Shown: positions 34,628 to 50,300 of the stretch, one piece after another | Layout of the letters: every line of letters begins with the position of its first letter | How positions within the stretch are numbered: the stretch's first letter is position 1 | Assembly: GCF_023055435.1 (NCBI RefSeq) | Contig: NW_025963791.1 | Coordinates: forward strand, 8,370,001 to 8,434,000 | Length of the DNA stretch: 64,000 bases | Reading direction: 5' to 3' | Source of the DNA: Haliotis rufescens | Lineage: Eukaryota | Program-made: the position numbers and the translations under genes | The notes under the pieces: model-generated | The model's database searches: none | What the model was told of the DNA's origin: nothing | The model's input: only the letters and a program-made list of their open reading frames with translations

Positions 34628-37600
34628 TAAAATTTTTACACACTGCTAGAGCAGGCTCCAAGGCTATTTTGATGAAACCATACACTGTCCATCTTTCAAC
34701 ACTACAATGATAAATCGCAGACAGTATTGTAAAGGCCTCATTTTGAACAAGACACTAGTGGGCCAACATTCGGCAACTCTCATTTGGCCATTTAATTTAT
34801 TCGTATTGGACATCTCTACTGATGCCAGTTTGCAATGCCACTCAAGTTGGTATTACTTCCCACACACATAAATCTGGTAATGCATTTCACTTATGGAGTG
34901 TATACGATCTAGTATTTGAATCTTTCAAACCGCAAATCATTGGATTCATAACTTTAAAGTTGCATACAAAACCCTAAATGAACCTATGTCAAATTGAAAT
35001 CACCATACAAGCACAAGCATCATCTTACTGGTTTCCATACCATTAATCTTTATCAAACTGGATACTAACTGTTGTCTTGATTAAACAAATTTACAACTAC
35101 AGTAAGGAACACACAAAAACGAACACACTGATATAACAAACTCTTTTATGGGTCCCTGCTATTTACTGTATAGATGATATATGCAAGCATATAACCAACT
35201 AAATTTAGTGGACCCCTTGTGTTAATTATATCCGTAGTTTACGGTATCTGTAATTAGTTCACATCTGAGGTGTGAAGTAATCTCAATCATCCTTACTCAT
35301 TCACATTATGTGACCTACAACCTACATGATCTATACTACTGACAGAAATTAAACACCCAATTTCTTATGACTATAGTTAAATCCCAATAGTCATGGAAAA
35401 ATCAGGTGTTTTTTAACTTCTTTTGAGTACTATATATTACTGAATTATGAAATAATAAGAAATATTTTCAAGGCTTAAAATCAAGATTCCACCCATACAT
35501 GTCCATTACAATTTCATGCCAATATTTTACGGAGGGAAACTACAGGACTGTTATGTTAATTTCAATGACTTCCCAACAATTGTGAGTTGAATAATGAGTG
35601 TCCAGATAAACAACAGAAGCCATATGTGATAATATTTGGTTTATTCATGTTATTATACGAGTCAGAATGTGATAACACTGCTGTTATCATCTCCAAGACA
35701 CATGTAGCTGGTGACTGCCCACAGTTATAGTAGCTCCCCACTGAGCATTGCAAGCACATTCTTTATTGTGGTCTCCGTTGCCGCTCTCACACAAAGCCAC
35801 CAATCAGGTAACTGCTTATGAAAATAAAATATAAAACATTTCCCAGATGAAAAGTCTCATCCAGGTCCACGCTTAGCGGCACATCCAGTCCTGATTAAAA
35901 TTAGTCCATTCCATATGTTGTGCAACAGTCTAACAAACACAGCTCTCTGCTACTTCATGTTTTCCATTCAGTGTATCTGGGTTTGAACTGTTGAGAGGCA
36001 TTCTAGTTCCCAATTTCTGAGGCTTGTCCATACCAGAGACCAGACAGACCTATCATTGTCACCACTCATGAGCAAGAGACCCTGTCGTATTTCTTATTTC
36101 TTCTATTGTGGCTTCATTGTTGATTCCAAAGACTCAACAACAATTGAATGAGAAAAATACGAGCATCAAAGTGCACAGCGTATACAATATGACACACCAC
36201 GCCACATGAAGCGAGACACATTTTTGTACAGTAGCATTTGTACATACTTATTGCCATCCAAAGGCAGTATTGTCATGTGAGCTTACGATGTTTCCATGGT
36301 TACACAATCAATACTGAGATACTTTGAAAAAAGTCAAACCGGACTCAACTGTTGTAAAAAAATAATTCTTTTATGTGAGGTTACCTGTAGCTTTACAATA
36401 TCTTATTGAAAGTTGGAAAAAAATACAATCAGTAGTCTGACTCAATCAGCAACTCTGGATATAACAAACATACAAGTTGTGAATAAATGTTTTTAGCAAA
36501 GGCAGCAATTTAATATGAGGTAGGTGAACACCCTCACTATCCCCTATGATTATAATATGCATGGAAAAGTCTCTTTATAGAAGCAATCTTGGTAAATATT
36601 TCCACACAGTGGAGTACATTTCTTCCTATCTACCTGCATGTTTACTGTACTTAAATGCCATTTCTTATCATTTGAAAACCTAGTTTAACCCTGAAAAGAT
36701 CTTGGTTTAATAATTTATGACCTACTTTGGCACTTGGGTATAGAAGATACTAGTGGTTTCACAACAAAATTCTACCTACCAGTTGTGCATTTATTTCAAT
36801 AGCTACATAACACTCTAATCATCAACATGACAGCTGGGCTTTATTCCACAAAGTGATCTTGCCACACTGACTGACATGTACTGACGTGCCACACTGACTG
36901 ACGCCCATATTTGAACTTTGACTGTGATAGTCGTTGCACTGAGACAGCTCTGTGGAAAGATGCCCTTGAAAAAAACCCACAAAGTTTCAAAACTTGTGCC
37001 TGATACATTTGTTTCAATCACCAAGGTTTGATATTTGTAATTAATTCTAATGAGAAAAAAAATAGTCTTAAACAAATGACTTGGTATAACACAAGTCATA
37101 TCCAGAGTTGACTGAACATGCAAATAGACACTGTTTCACCACAAGCTTACCACTTGCAAAAGATTAGCTCATGACACAACATATTGCATTATCAAATGAA
37201 AAACAGACAAATATTGATGAACCAATCACAAATCCACCATACATAACAATAGTTAAAGACAAAAAATCTACAGCAGTTCTCCAAATCCAGTACTATTCAT
37301 TCAAACTTTTAAAGTTCTTTAATTTCAAGTTGGTATTATCCGTGCAAAAGAATGCAGGCATGACATCTAACTGAAGTACATGTAAGTTAACTTGGAAATA
37401 AATTTAAAATGTATAATAAAAACATATGCAGTTAAATGACAAAAATGTTTACATTTAAGAGATTCAAAATCAACAAATTTGAGAAAAAATAAAATAAATT
37501 GCCTGTCAAACTCAATCTCGTGCATAGAAAGGGAAAACATTTCTTTTAAGTACAAGTAGAATTGAGAAAACAAACAAACTATGTTCCTGGTAGATAATTC

Positions 37601-40600
37601 CTTATAACACAGAGTTAGAAATTAAGTGATGGTTCTTAAATTTTTGGCCATAATATTCAGATTAGATGACCCTCCACAATTTTGGGTTATGACAAACACT
37701 TGGGTTGACTTTAGTACACTGTTGAATCATTTTTTCAGTCCATGAAATCTTAAACTTTTGTCCTTTCCTATTTACTCTGCTAATAAAATTTGTTCAAATC
37801 AAAACATTATTGAATCTTGTTTTTCCAGGGTGATTTGAATGACGTTGAGTTGACAGAAAGAAGCCTGGCCATGTCTGGTACAGTATGAAAGACTATGGTG
37901 AGTTTAGCAACTGAGGAACAGAAACTAAGTAACAGAAACTGGCAGTGTGCACTGAGGATGTTCACCAGGTTATTGCCTGATGTTCAACAGTAGATCCTGG
38001 GATTAAACAGGGGTTAACTCTGAAGAGTACACATCATGGCAAATACCTACTCATTAGGGCTCTGACGGATAGGAAAAAAACAAAAATGGACCTGAGTACC
38101 CATATCGCAAAACCTGACCATGACTTTGAGTACCTGATTTCAACAGCATGCCTCCCAATCAACATTTTGTCCTTCTTTGCACCATCAAAATGGATCCAGA
38201 CATTGTACCGTTCCTCTTCTAAGTCTTCAACAAGCATTTTAGAGAAGATGTGAGTTATCTCCCCTGGTCAGAAACTCAAGTCCTGGAGGTAGGACTGGAG
38301 TCCATTCCATTTCAATCTGACCGGTGCTTGAACATTATTACTCATGGCAACTGTACCTCAAGCCACAACTAATCAATACCTTGGGATTTTGTGATGGGTA
38401 AAGATGACCAGGTGCATTGGATGGATTTGAATATTGGGGTCACATATGTCGAAAATAGGGTCACAGTGTAAGAAATTGAAGTTTTGTTTATTTTAAGGGT
38501 CAATGACCCAGGCTCCCTAGCAATCCGAATCATACCAATGTGAACCTTGAGGTCAATATAATGATTCCTCTAATAATAGATCCAGAAAGAATATTTATTC
38601 CATGTCAACTAGATTCCACATGAAATAAATCTTCAGTACTCGGTCATCTTTCCCAAACACTTCCAACAAAAATATTTAAAAAATCCAGTAATATATATTT
38701 TCAAATCAAAACATGAAGTTAAAGATTTGATTGGTTGTGGCCATACATTCCCTTAATAACAAATGCACTTTTTTAAGAGGGATTATTTTACAGAATATAT
38801 AACCATACATATCTATTAATGTCATTTTCGCTGATCTGTCAGATCCTTTCACTCTGTTTATAATACAAGACATGCTGCCAAAACAAATATTGTCGGAGAA
38901 TCTCAGTAATGCCAATAAGCTGCATAGCCAGACAGAATCTCCGAAACACAGGACAACATTCACAAGAACTGACCTGGATGACTCAAGACAAACATCACCA
39001 GTCGGTGCAAATACTAGTTCTAAGTGTGTGAACTAGATCAAAACTTTGTGTAAAGACAATTACAATATTCCTGGTTAACATAACCCCTTATGACACCAAC
39101 CAAACATACAGTCATAAATAAATAGAGAAGCACTATTCTACATGCTGTAGTCTGAAAATGGCAATTCATATTCCACAGTTAGGCCCTTCAGTTAGCCAGA
39201 TAGTGTTCAGGGCTGGATGGCCGAGAGGAAAAGTCCTGAGATGAGTGAAAAACAAGGACTAGATGTTTCCTCTATCATGACTGTCCAACCCCGTGACTCT
39301 TCTGTAATGACTATGCAGCTGTTAATTTGAATTACACAGCAACTCCTTCTATTCTAATATCCGTCGCACAGTTTATGAATATAAATATTATAAACAAAAC
39401 TGAATAAATAGCATGCTCAACACCAGCAAGAAGGTGAAGGTAAGGCCTCTGTCTTGTGCAATAACAGCCAACGTGTTCCGACAACAGTTCCATGCAATTA
39501 CTCGACACAAGACATGATGCCAGGCAAGCAGTCAATATTGCTTCACACTGAATCAGCAAATTCTCAGCCATTCAAGCTGAACCAAACAGGTTCAATTCTG
39601 CCTTGACACATATTGCTGTCAATCCATGCTTACACAGTATCACCCCAGTACTGACCTATTGCCAATAGTTAATATAATGTGGTAGCATTTTAACCATTTA
39701 TTTATTAGTCAATATTTCTTTCTAACATAAGGTGCAGTTCTTGTGTCTTTGAATTTGCTTGTATATTTTACCCCTTAAACTTAAAAAAACCAATATTTTC
39801 CATGTGTCATATTCTCATGTGTAAATAGGATGATAACTGATAAATGTGACACAAAAACATATCATCATAATCTTATCATATTTTAACAACATTCGCACTG
39901 AAACATACCCTTGGCTGATACACAGCAATATTGTACGGACCACAGCGATGTTCTTATTGATTATCTGCAGCAAAATGAATCTGTACCGTTTACAAAAATA
40001 TTTTTACAGAAAGTTCAGCTGTTCAATGTATGAAACCAAATCCACAAGCGTTACACTACCATTTAAGGCGAGAGCTAGGCGTTCCCTTGAAAGACAGTAT
40101 TGTTACATAGTTGTACAATACACATACACATTGCCTTGGTATTTGTGACCAAATCAAAGTTGGTTGCCACTAGCAACCTGATTCATTCATTCACTCACTC
40201 ATTCATCCCAGTACAATGAAAGCTGTCAGGTATATCAAAAAACTCTATTCTCTTCATTCATTGATAGACATGTGTAACACTCCTGTGTTTTCTAATACTA
40301 ATTTTGATATGAAAGTATCTACATATTGTAGATGGTGCATCAAACATGGTAATGGTTACAGGATTCCTTGAATGCAGACTGTAATGACTATATAGAATTA
40401 TTGAGTGATTATCGCATGCTTGATAGAACAATAGAGTCCGATGTTCACTTGTTATGCTAATGTTTACATAAATAGTATTGTCAGAATACATGTGTATGGT
40501 CTAACCATTTGTTTCCACACAATCATTTCCTCTTCAAAAATATTCAAAAGAAAATTATATAAAGCAAGTCTAAGAAGACAAACTTGTGCACAACTTAAAC

Positions 40601-41128
40601 ATTAAAGTGAAATTTGCATACACAATACACATAAACATCAAAAGAGCAGTCAGTTTGGGGCTTAGACAATGAAAAAGATTATTATTGATTTATGATGTAT
40701 TTCCTGGACTCTTATAACTCCAGGGATGTTTTCACACAAAAGCATACTGCCTGCAGAAACAAGGCTGACGAATTTGGCAGAGTCAAATCAACAGGTACAG
40801 AATACACTCAATGCTATCCTAATATCACTGGTATAAATCATAGACGAAGAAATTGGAGGGGTGACGTTTTTCCTGTGTATTGTTTCGAGATCTTCATGCA
40901 ACAAGTCTGCTAGGTCTATCCAACACAGGTATATCTCCAGTACATTGATAAATGTTGGACACCAATCAGACCAAAGGAGTCACACCTTATATACCTTAAA
41001 ACATAAATGTACAATTTTTGTTCAAGAAATATACAATCAGATCTGCTGAGCCCCAGACCTTTTGAATACTGGAGCAACACGTAAACCTTGATATCTTAAC
41101 CTCCCATCCGCTGAGAGTGGACCGTTCC

Positions 41129-41331
41129 TCATAAGAAGGGGTTGTAACTTTGTTGTTGTGGCTGCATGGGCTGGTGGGTTGTGTTCACTGGAATGAGAGG
41201 GGTGGGCAGGAGTCCAGAATTAACAGGCTGTGTGAAACCTGGTGCTGTGTTCTGTAGTTGGTTCATGGGTACTCGTGTGACGGGCTGTTCGAATGGGTTA
41301 CTGGCTGATGGTGCAGCAAATGGGTTATTAC
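41129..41331 (-). CDS. EPN: Epsin terminal NPF exon
   Basis: NNPF, SNPF, YNPFL*. Confidence 0.93.
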
Positions 41332-44300
41332 CTGCAAGGGAAAGCAAGGGATTTTCTTCATCACACAATCATCACATCATCCATTCATTTCTTCAAACTT
41401 TCAAGTTAACCCATGTCATGTTCAAACCCAAATAAGTCAGGAAATGTGATTCCATTTAATGAAAGAAAGTGGGTTAGATCATATTATAAGAGGACCACAA
41501 AGGTTTTTTCAGATAAAAACCTTATCTTGTAAGGTTCTAGCTTAGCTTAACCCATCTAATCTTGAATCAAATTAAGATATTATGAAAAGCGATGCCATTT
41601 CATTATAAGACAATGGGTTGGATCATAGAGTAAGAAAATTACAAAATGTTTTTACAGATAAAAACTAATCTCATATGAAACCATGCTATTTTTTCACTTA
41701 TCTAATTCGGATTCAATATTGAATTCATCCATAAGTACTCTTTTTATTTGGATGTTATATTTTAGTTTGTCAATCTCATTCTGACATAGTATATATTGAC
41801 TGAAAGTGTTTCTCCCCAAGTTCAACAGTGACTGTTAAAAGACAGTAACCTTTAGGTGCAGGCTTCGATACAAGTTCATCTAAGTTAACAAGCCCAGTAT
41901 GCTGGCCAAGAAAATCCTGAGCAGATTTTTTCTTTTCCAGTGGTAGATTCTGGTTAAGGCTTCCCATGTTCCACGCCCCATCACTTGCACTGGAGTCCAC
42001 TGTTAGCAAGAGAAAGATCACCATCATGTAGCAAACATTCCTTCACACACTTTCTCCCAAACTTCCATACACAAGGATTGCAGTGATGGAGAGGCAGTGA
42101 TGGAGAGGTGAGTAGAGGGGGAAGGTACACAAAATATTTTAAACATGCACAATAGTAAACATTTATATTGCAGATCTTATACATACTACTCAATTTTTGA
42201 AAGGAGTCTTCCTGATATCCAATCATCCTGGAACTTATTACATATAATTAAGATGGTATTGGCTTTCTGTGTCTCACTGTCAGTATCAAAAGTTGAGTAG
42301 TATGCCTAACATCATCAAATCAGAACAAGACCAACCAGAGGTTGACCGAGAGCCATATTGCTAGGTCTCCAAGACAGTACAGGGCTCGACGTAAAGAACT
42401 TGATTTAACTTGCACCAGGTGCATGTTGACATGAAGACCAAATTGCACCAAACAAAACCAGGTAGCACCCTGGTCCACTAAATTTATCAAAGTTGAAACA
42501 GGTCGGTCTACTGCCAGTGTCCAATTAATTAACGACAAAGGAACATGTGCACATAATCTTGAAGAACCCACAGTTTGAAGATGTCAAGCCCCAGGAAGTA
42601 TGACAAATTAAACAGAATACAGGGAGTAGTAATGTAGTATCATGAATACACCTTAGAGGGTTTGAGTTTGGTCAAAGATCAATTTTGTGTGGGGATGAGT
42701 AAGGGTTAGTCAGACACAAATGCTTGACACGCACTTGACACACACATGCATGTAGACATGAATAATAGGTTGCATTTTTCAATAATAGGTTGCACTGGTG
42801 CATGTTTAATATAGCTAAATTGAGCCCTGCAGTATAACACCTGTAGATGATATTCCTTGTGTTCTTCGCTCAACGAATTGGCCAAACTCTGCAGCTACGG
42901 AGACAACCCAAACCCCACTAAAGCTGCCTCATGAGACAAGCATGAGGTACAGAGGACCTATTCTGACCTGCAATAGCCACAGGGGAGATTACGGCAGTCA
43001 GTAGATAATCAGATCTGGAACCGACAAACCACTGACCAACAATGACCAAAGACTTGTCATTGAGGCGTGACGACATATTGTCAGCAAAATCACCAAGTCT
43101 GATCACAAATCCTTTTTCGTCAGCTCAAATGACAAGCGTACAAGATTGATTTGGACTAGTCCAGGCCATGAAGACTGGTGGTTGATGAGCACTGATGCAC
43201 GCCACAGTGGTACTGTGACAATCAACCAGGTCATACATAATCCTCTCACTGGTTCTTATGACTAGCATAGGCTATGTGGGACCAGTTCTGCCTTGCATTA
43301 CCCACAGGGGAAAAGGTTCTCGAGGTACAAAATTACAGTGTCATCACTACTACGTGCAATTTTTCTGTCTCTATTCCATATTTCACACAGATCCCACATA
43401 ACAGTGGTAGACACTATTGGTCACATCCGTTTAGCCCATAGCTCATTCCTGACTAGTGGTTTATGAAATAAAACTACATTTGGGGGAGAAATAGCAGCTC
43501 CTTGATTCAAGTCGTCACTGACTAACAGACAAGTGGTCATGTCTAACCCTGCAATGCTACAAAGGACCTACATTTGGGGGAGAAATAGCAGCTCCTTGAT
43601 TCAAGTCGTCACTGACTAACAGACAAGTGGTCATGTCTAACCCTGCAATGCTACAAAGGACCTACATTTGGGGGAGAAATAGCAGCTCCTTGATTCAAGT
43701 CGTCACTGACTAACAGACAAGTGGTCATGTCTAACCCTGCAATGCTACAAAGGACCTACATTTGGGGGAGAAATAGCAGCTCCTTGAGTCAACTGGTCAC
43801 TGACTAACAGACAAGTGGTCATGTCTAACCCTGCAATGCTACAAAGGACCACCAACCTAAAGGATCAAAGGCCTGAGCTGCAGAAGAACCAGCAGATTTG
43901 GCTGGCGATCCTTCGGTACTCCGAGAGCTCAGCAGGTCAAATGCTTCGTCGATATTGTTGGTGCCATTTGTGGTGGTTGTTGGTGCTGCTGGAGACCCAA
44001 AGGGATCCAGACCAGCAGTTTGCTGGGGTGGGGCTGGGGACCCCCAGGGGGAGCTCTGTGGGCCTGGGCTCACACCCCATGCATCTGGTTGAGATCCTGA
44101 AATGAAGGTTTCAAATATAACCAAAGAATTGACATGCATGTTCTGTCTTCACCTACAAGAATCAGCACCACCGAGGATCTATTTGCACAGTTACAAGATT
44201 TGAACAACAGGTTTACTTGTTTTTCTTTGTGTTTTCACTTTCATCTTTCTGGATGTTGGAACATATTTCAAGAAATACAAAATGGGTTTTTTTAACAGAA

Positions 44301-47300
44301 AATATCCAAACATTGCTTAACAATCCATATTGATGACCAAATTGTCTAGATAAAACAAACATTTAATGTTTACATTCAACCGTCCAACAATAAAACACCA
44401 GATTGACATAGGTACATTTTAGCAATGAGATGATATACAGTGTTTGAAACTAAGCATGAAGGGAGTGTTCATTCAAGTTGACAAAAATAAAGGGCCTTTT
44501 GGGCCCACGAATGACCAAATATGGGGTCATTTTCAAAAGGAGATCGATAACCTACATTGTGACAGCTTCAATATGAGAGTGTAATGGAGGTGTTGAACAT
44601 TTTGATCGAGCTTGCTTCGTAATGTTGCACACTGCTCACTTCTATATAACCTACAGCAACGAGGCATGGTGATGAATGTTGATGTGATATATGATGCATG
44701 TTGAGGTATATACAACCTTTAGACGACATGTTCTAGAATGATCACTGATAGGTAATTGGTTCGGTGGCATGAGCCTATTGCTAACAAAGAAAGGCCTGGA
44801 GTGCTCTTGATCAGGGTACCACTGCAGCAAACCTCATGACCCACATACCACATGTATCTCACACACAAAACTAAATTTTCTACATACTGTTACATCAAAA
44901 GTTGCTGTAATGAACCAGAAGTTGTTATCCATGAAGTTGTATGTTTACAAACAAAATTCTTCTTTCCCCAATATTTTAGAAACTATTTTCTAAATGTGCT
45001 TAAAATCTTGTTGAATAGTCTGCTAAAGGATATCAGAGCCAGTGCAAGATACCAGTCCAGAGTTTTCTTACATCAACAAGTTTATGAACATTTTTTAATT
45101 TGACCAACACTCTGTTAAACTACAAATACGAGCCAAGATTCATCTTGTTATATAAATGACATTGATCAGGGCTTTGCGAAATGGGGCACAGGAATAAATA
45201 ACTCAACCTAGACAACCTAGCAATTCAAGAAAATAAATCATCCCAAATACCTATAACTGCAACGACAGGAAGTGCACACATCGTATACACAGTGAATGGA
45301 AGAGTGACATTCTCCTCATCCATCTCCTCCTGTTGTTCCTCCTCATACGCCAACAGGCGTGCCTTCTCACCATACAAACTCAACATCGTCACGTCTTCCT
45401 AACAACTACACAACTGTGTACAGACACGCTAAGAAATAATAGTGGAAATTTTCGAACATAATTATGACCAACAGATTAAACCACGTGCCTTCCTCCAAAA
45501 GTACTTATCAGGATGACAATAAAATAACCAGACTGTTGAGTCATCAGTAATCACCACAAACAATCTCAATACTCTCAGCAGACCTGCTGTCTTGAGGCCA
45601 CTACACACGGATTAACCTACGGGTGTGCCACACTGGATCAGCTCAATGATTTTGTACAATGTTACTATTGCCACAATATGAGGTGAGGTGAGGTGAAATG
45701 GGGTTTAACGTCGCGTCCAAGTTTATTGCACTTATATAGCGACGTGCATGTACGTATGTGTGTGTGGCTGCTTGTACTAGTCCGGACTGATGCCGATTTA
45801 TAGTGCTAGCTCTCGAGATACCATGCCACAGTGTAACATGAATACCCCACTCAGACACAGTATACTGAGTCCGAGCCAACCAGTCCTTGTTTGAGCCCCT
45901 AATGCCGAGCGCCAGACAGGGTAACAACAAGTACCATCCCTTAACCCTTTTTGGTATGACGCGGTCGGGGATCAAACCCCGGACCTTCCGCTCTCCGGGC
46001 GGACGCTCTACCACTAGACCACGGAAGGCGGTCCCCACAATATGAACTGGAAGGGCTATGAAGTAGCTGCAATAACCCAATCTGTGTTGCTCCCTACAAA
46101 ATGATTTTGATAACTACATGTAGAAAGTTGCCTACTTCGTCCCAATCAGTACATTGTAGAACATAACCCAGTATTGTGCTGTAGATGTTTGGAATACTAC
46201 AGTTAATTGGGTATTAAAGACAAGTAACAGGTTCAAGATTTGTCAAACTGTGATGTCCCTATTTGTAAATTAACGAGTTTGGTATGAGCTCTTTTGATCC
46301 AGACATGTCTGCTTATTGTGGGAGGAAAGTGAAAGAGGGGCAGGTCATTTGCATTTATGAATTGTTTTTTGTTTTTTGTTGTTTAACGCTGCACTCAGCA
46401 GTATTCAAGCTATATGGCAGCTGTCTGTTAATAATTGTGTCTGGAAAACACATTCCATGACATCATGAGCACTGATCTATGGAAATGGGATATGATGACA
46501 TGCATCAACCAAGTCAGTGAGTCTGACAACCAGATCCCATTAGTCACCTCTTACAACCGACCCGTGAAGATCCGGGGTAGAATAGGTCTTTAGAAACCCA
46601 TGCTTGCCATAAAAGGCGACTATGCTTGTCATTAGAGGCGATAACGGGGTCGGGTGGTCAGGCTTGCTGACTGAGTTGATGCATGTCATCTTATCCCAAT
46701 TGCGTGGGTCGAAGCTCATGATGTCAATCACTGGATTGCCTGGTCCAGACTCTATTATTTACAGACCGCCGTCATATAGCTGGAATATTGCTGAGTGCGG
46801 CGTTAAAGAAACTCTTACAACAAGCACGGGTTGCTGAAGACCGACCTGTATCTTCTTGGTGAAACCATAAGCTAATTAATATGGCGTCAACAGACAAAGG
46901 ATCTGTTATTGCGAAGTAAGTATTTGTCTCAATGCCCTCACTAGATCCAGGTACGGTGTAAAGAGGCCTTGTTTATTCATGGGTATTCAATGCTATAATA
47001 TGAGAATGTAATGGAGGCGTCACAAATTGTGATGGAGCTAGTTTCGTAACGTTGCACACAGCTCACCTCTATATAACCTACTGCAAACAAAACTTTTTCA
47101 TGGGTGATGGAGTAATGTAGTGTACATACAAGACTGTGTAGTACTGACAGTGGTGTGACTAGGCAAGCAGTGACAGTAGTGTGAGCCAATGTGTGTGGCC
47201 TGTACTAGTATTGTGCATGTGGCTGCCAGTAATCCTAGCCACACACAGTGCCACCTACCAGGAGTGGACCCTGACTGAGGTGTAGATCTGGCTGGGCTCA

Positions 47301-50300
47301 CAGTTGGTGCTCCCCAGGGGTCAATATTGTGAATGGGAGGGGTGGGTTGAGATGGCCGGGACCCAGCAGGTGATACCCAGGGGTCAACTGGTTGGGGTGA
47401 GGCAGCATGTGTTTTGGGTGCCCCTGGGCCAGGCAGTGGCGCCCCCCAGGGATCTGTTGGTTCTTGTTTCTGTTGCAGTGGCATACCCCAGGGATCTGTT
47501 GTTCCTTTCCGTCCTCCGTCAGCCAAGCTGAACAATTCTGGGTTGTGAGTCTGAAATACAGAGACAGCAAATGTAAGTGTTACACAAAATGACAACAAGT
47601 GTTAGTATTAGTATCAGTGCTGGGTTAATTCTGCTAAATAAGCAATAATTTTGCTTGCTTTCTTAGTATCATTTCTACACAGGGTTTAGCCATAAAATAT
47701 TTAAACTACATAAGAGAGATATTTAGATGAGTCACCACTGAACACTTAAGAGGTGTAGCCCTCACATAAGCAGCATCCCCCAATATGTGTGTTTCCATCT
47801 TCCCAACCAACCCTAATCGGGAGCTCCCAGAACATAAACATTTTCTCTTGTTTTTCTCTCGATCACCATCCTGGTATTGTGCATATTTCATGCATTTATT
47901 TGTTGCACTTCACAGAAGTTAATCCAGTCATCTTCTCCGTTTGAAAGTATGCTTTGGAAAACGTAATGCAAATTACACTTTTCAAAGAAAAGAGTAACAA
48001 ACAAATCAAAACAACCTACTCTATTTTGGGATGGTCTGAAATAGGACACACACATATTTCTTGGGAGGCCTAAGAATAAAATAAACCCGACTTGACACTA
48101 CTGTTGGGGTAGCCTAACTAATACCATTTGCACATTCAGTTACATGACGACACAACTGATCAAATATGAAGGATGAATTCAAACTTGTATATCATACAAT
48201 ATTTATGTTCTATAAGCTCTTATGCAGAAGCAGAGAAAGTGGTATGCATTTGTCAGGAATATTTAAGATTCCTGCTATAGGATTAACGCTCAGATGCTGG
48301 GTCTTGTACTATTAAATCATGTGAGTAAGCAATAATTGTTTTGTAATGTTTGTACAAATCTCATGCATAAGCTTTGAAGATGATTTTTTAATCTTTCAAA
48401 GGAAAATATTTACATTAGAAAATTTATCGTCCACGATTATATTACCCAGTGTATTATAATTCCATTCTATTATGATAAAACTCTGGACCCATTCACAATA
48501 ACTTCACTTTGAGCCCATTTGATATGACACAATGTTAAAATAGTTCTCCAACTACAAACATTTAAGTTTGCGAAAAACTCTGTGCTAAGTTGGTCATAAC
48601 AGATCAAGGTGGTGATGACACATCCTAAACAAAACACATGCAACGAATGGTCCAGGATGTTTACCAAAATAGAAAGGTTGATATAAAACTCTGGATAATT
48701 GAGGATGAAAACCTAGGGCCGAACTGAATAAATTGGATAGATAAACAAACAAAATTTAAGAAAAATGGGATCTGAAAAGAACCTAATTGATAAACAAAAT
48801 TGATCAAAGAATAAAAATTCAAACTAGAAACAGGGATCTGAAGGCGTCTCATTCTAAGTATTATTTAAAATTAACACACAATCTTTTCCATGAGTATTTT
48901 AATAATAAGAATGTCAGCATCATCTGCATATATCAGACCTTTACTAAGAATATTAAAACTAGGTAGGACTGGGAAGAGGCGTGGTGTGTTAGTTGCAGTT
49001 TGGTGTGTTCATAGCTCGTGGAACAAATCATCTACCTTTTTTCCTCCAGCAGGTGGTTTAATGATTACCTATGATTGGAGGAAAGGAAAAAAACAACATT
49101 TTCATCAAAGACAATTCTTGACACTCGTTAAACTGTACATCTTTACAAAAAAATATCATTGTTCCACATTATCACACAGAAAAAGATCTTAAAGTGAAAA
49201 AACATCAGCATATATTAGGCATTACCCAAATCAACCAAATGCCCTTGGTGACATACTTATATTTCTATATCTGTTATCTAAATTCAAACACCATGAGGCA
49301 CACTTGTTCACATTCAAAAAAAACATATGCAATTTGCATGCATACATTCCTAAGAAAAAAGACTGTAAATCATGAAATTTCATTTGATTTCATGGAAGAT
49401 ATAGCACATGTCAAGCAGGTAAGTTTGATACTATTCAGTCGAACCACTATCAATCTGTACTCTTTCATGGTATTCTATGTCTGCAGTCTTATTGTTATCA
49501 TTTGCAGGTTAGCTTTGTATTTCAAGGGTATCGCTACTCGCATTAATTTCATGATTTACAGTTCTTGCCTACCTGTTCCTGAGAATCAATTGTTTCCTCT
49601 TTTTAGTCTGTTTGTTTGTTGTTTAACGCCACCCTAAGCAATATTCCAGCTATATGACAACAGTCTGCAAATAATCAAGACTGGACCAGACAATCCAGTG
49701 GTTGACATCATGACCATCGATCCACGCAATTGGGGATGATGACTGCATCAACTAAGTCAGCGAGCCTGACCACCCAATCCCGTAAGTCGCCTATTATGAC
49801 AAGCATAGTCACCTTTTACGGCAACCACAGGTTGCTGAAGACCTATTCTACCCCGGATCTTCACGTGTCTTTCAGTGTGTGAGTTGGGTATGACGCTGCT
49901 TTGAACAGTATTTCACTTCTTACTTAGGTCACAGTGTGCCAGCTTAATGTGGAAGGAAGGCCCACAGTAACACAGGTCAAGCAAGTTTCCCACTGTGGTG
50001 AAACAAAACCCTTTGGCTACCCTATCCAAGCATTCAGATGTTTGTTTATAAACTTTGTATTCATGTATGTAACACACATGCTAAATATTGAATCAGTCCA
50101 TGTTAAGGCAAATCTTCTTTCTAAGTGGACATGTTCTCATCTGCATCAATGTTAGACATGTTCTCAAGGAATATCTACTTTCAATTCATCCATGCATCTT
50201 GTTTGAAATGTGAAATTAGTCATTTTCAAAAGACTTTTTTCAAGAGTCTTCAAATGGTAATCAGCCACTCAGGAACATGTGGCTTTTCAGTTAGCCTGAA

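Noticed and set aside
45940-46034. tRNA genes at SINE heads (also ~30020-30092, 53305-53376, 63583-63655)
   Set aside because: Continuous with SINE bodies, tails and TSDs; imperfect cloverleaf
44550-47090. Paired ~110-nt similar segments (44550-44660 and 46985-47090) in one epsin intron as possible H/ACA snoRNAs
   Set aside because: H and ACA boxes are not conserved between the two; more likely fragments of a dispersed repeat
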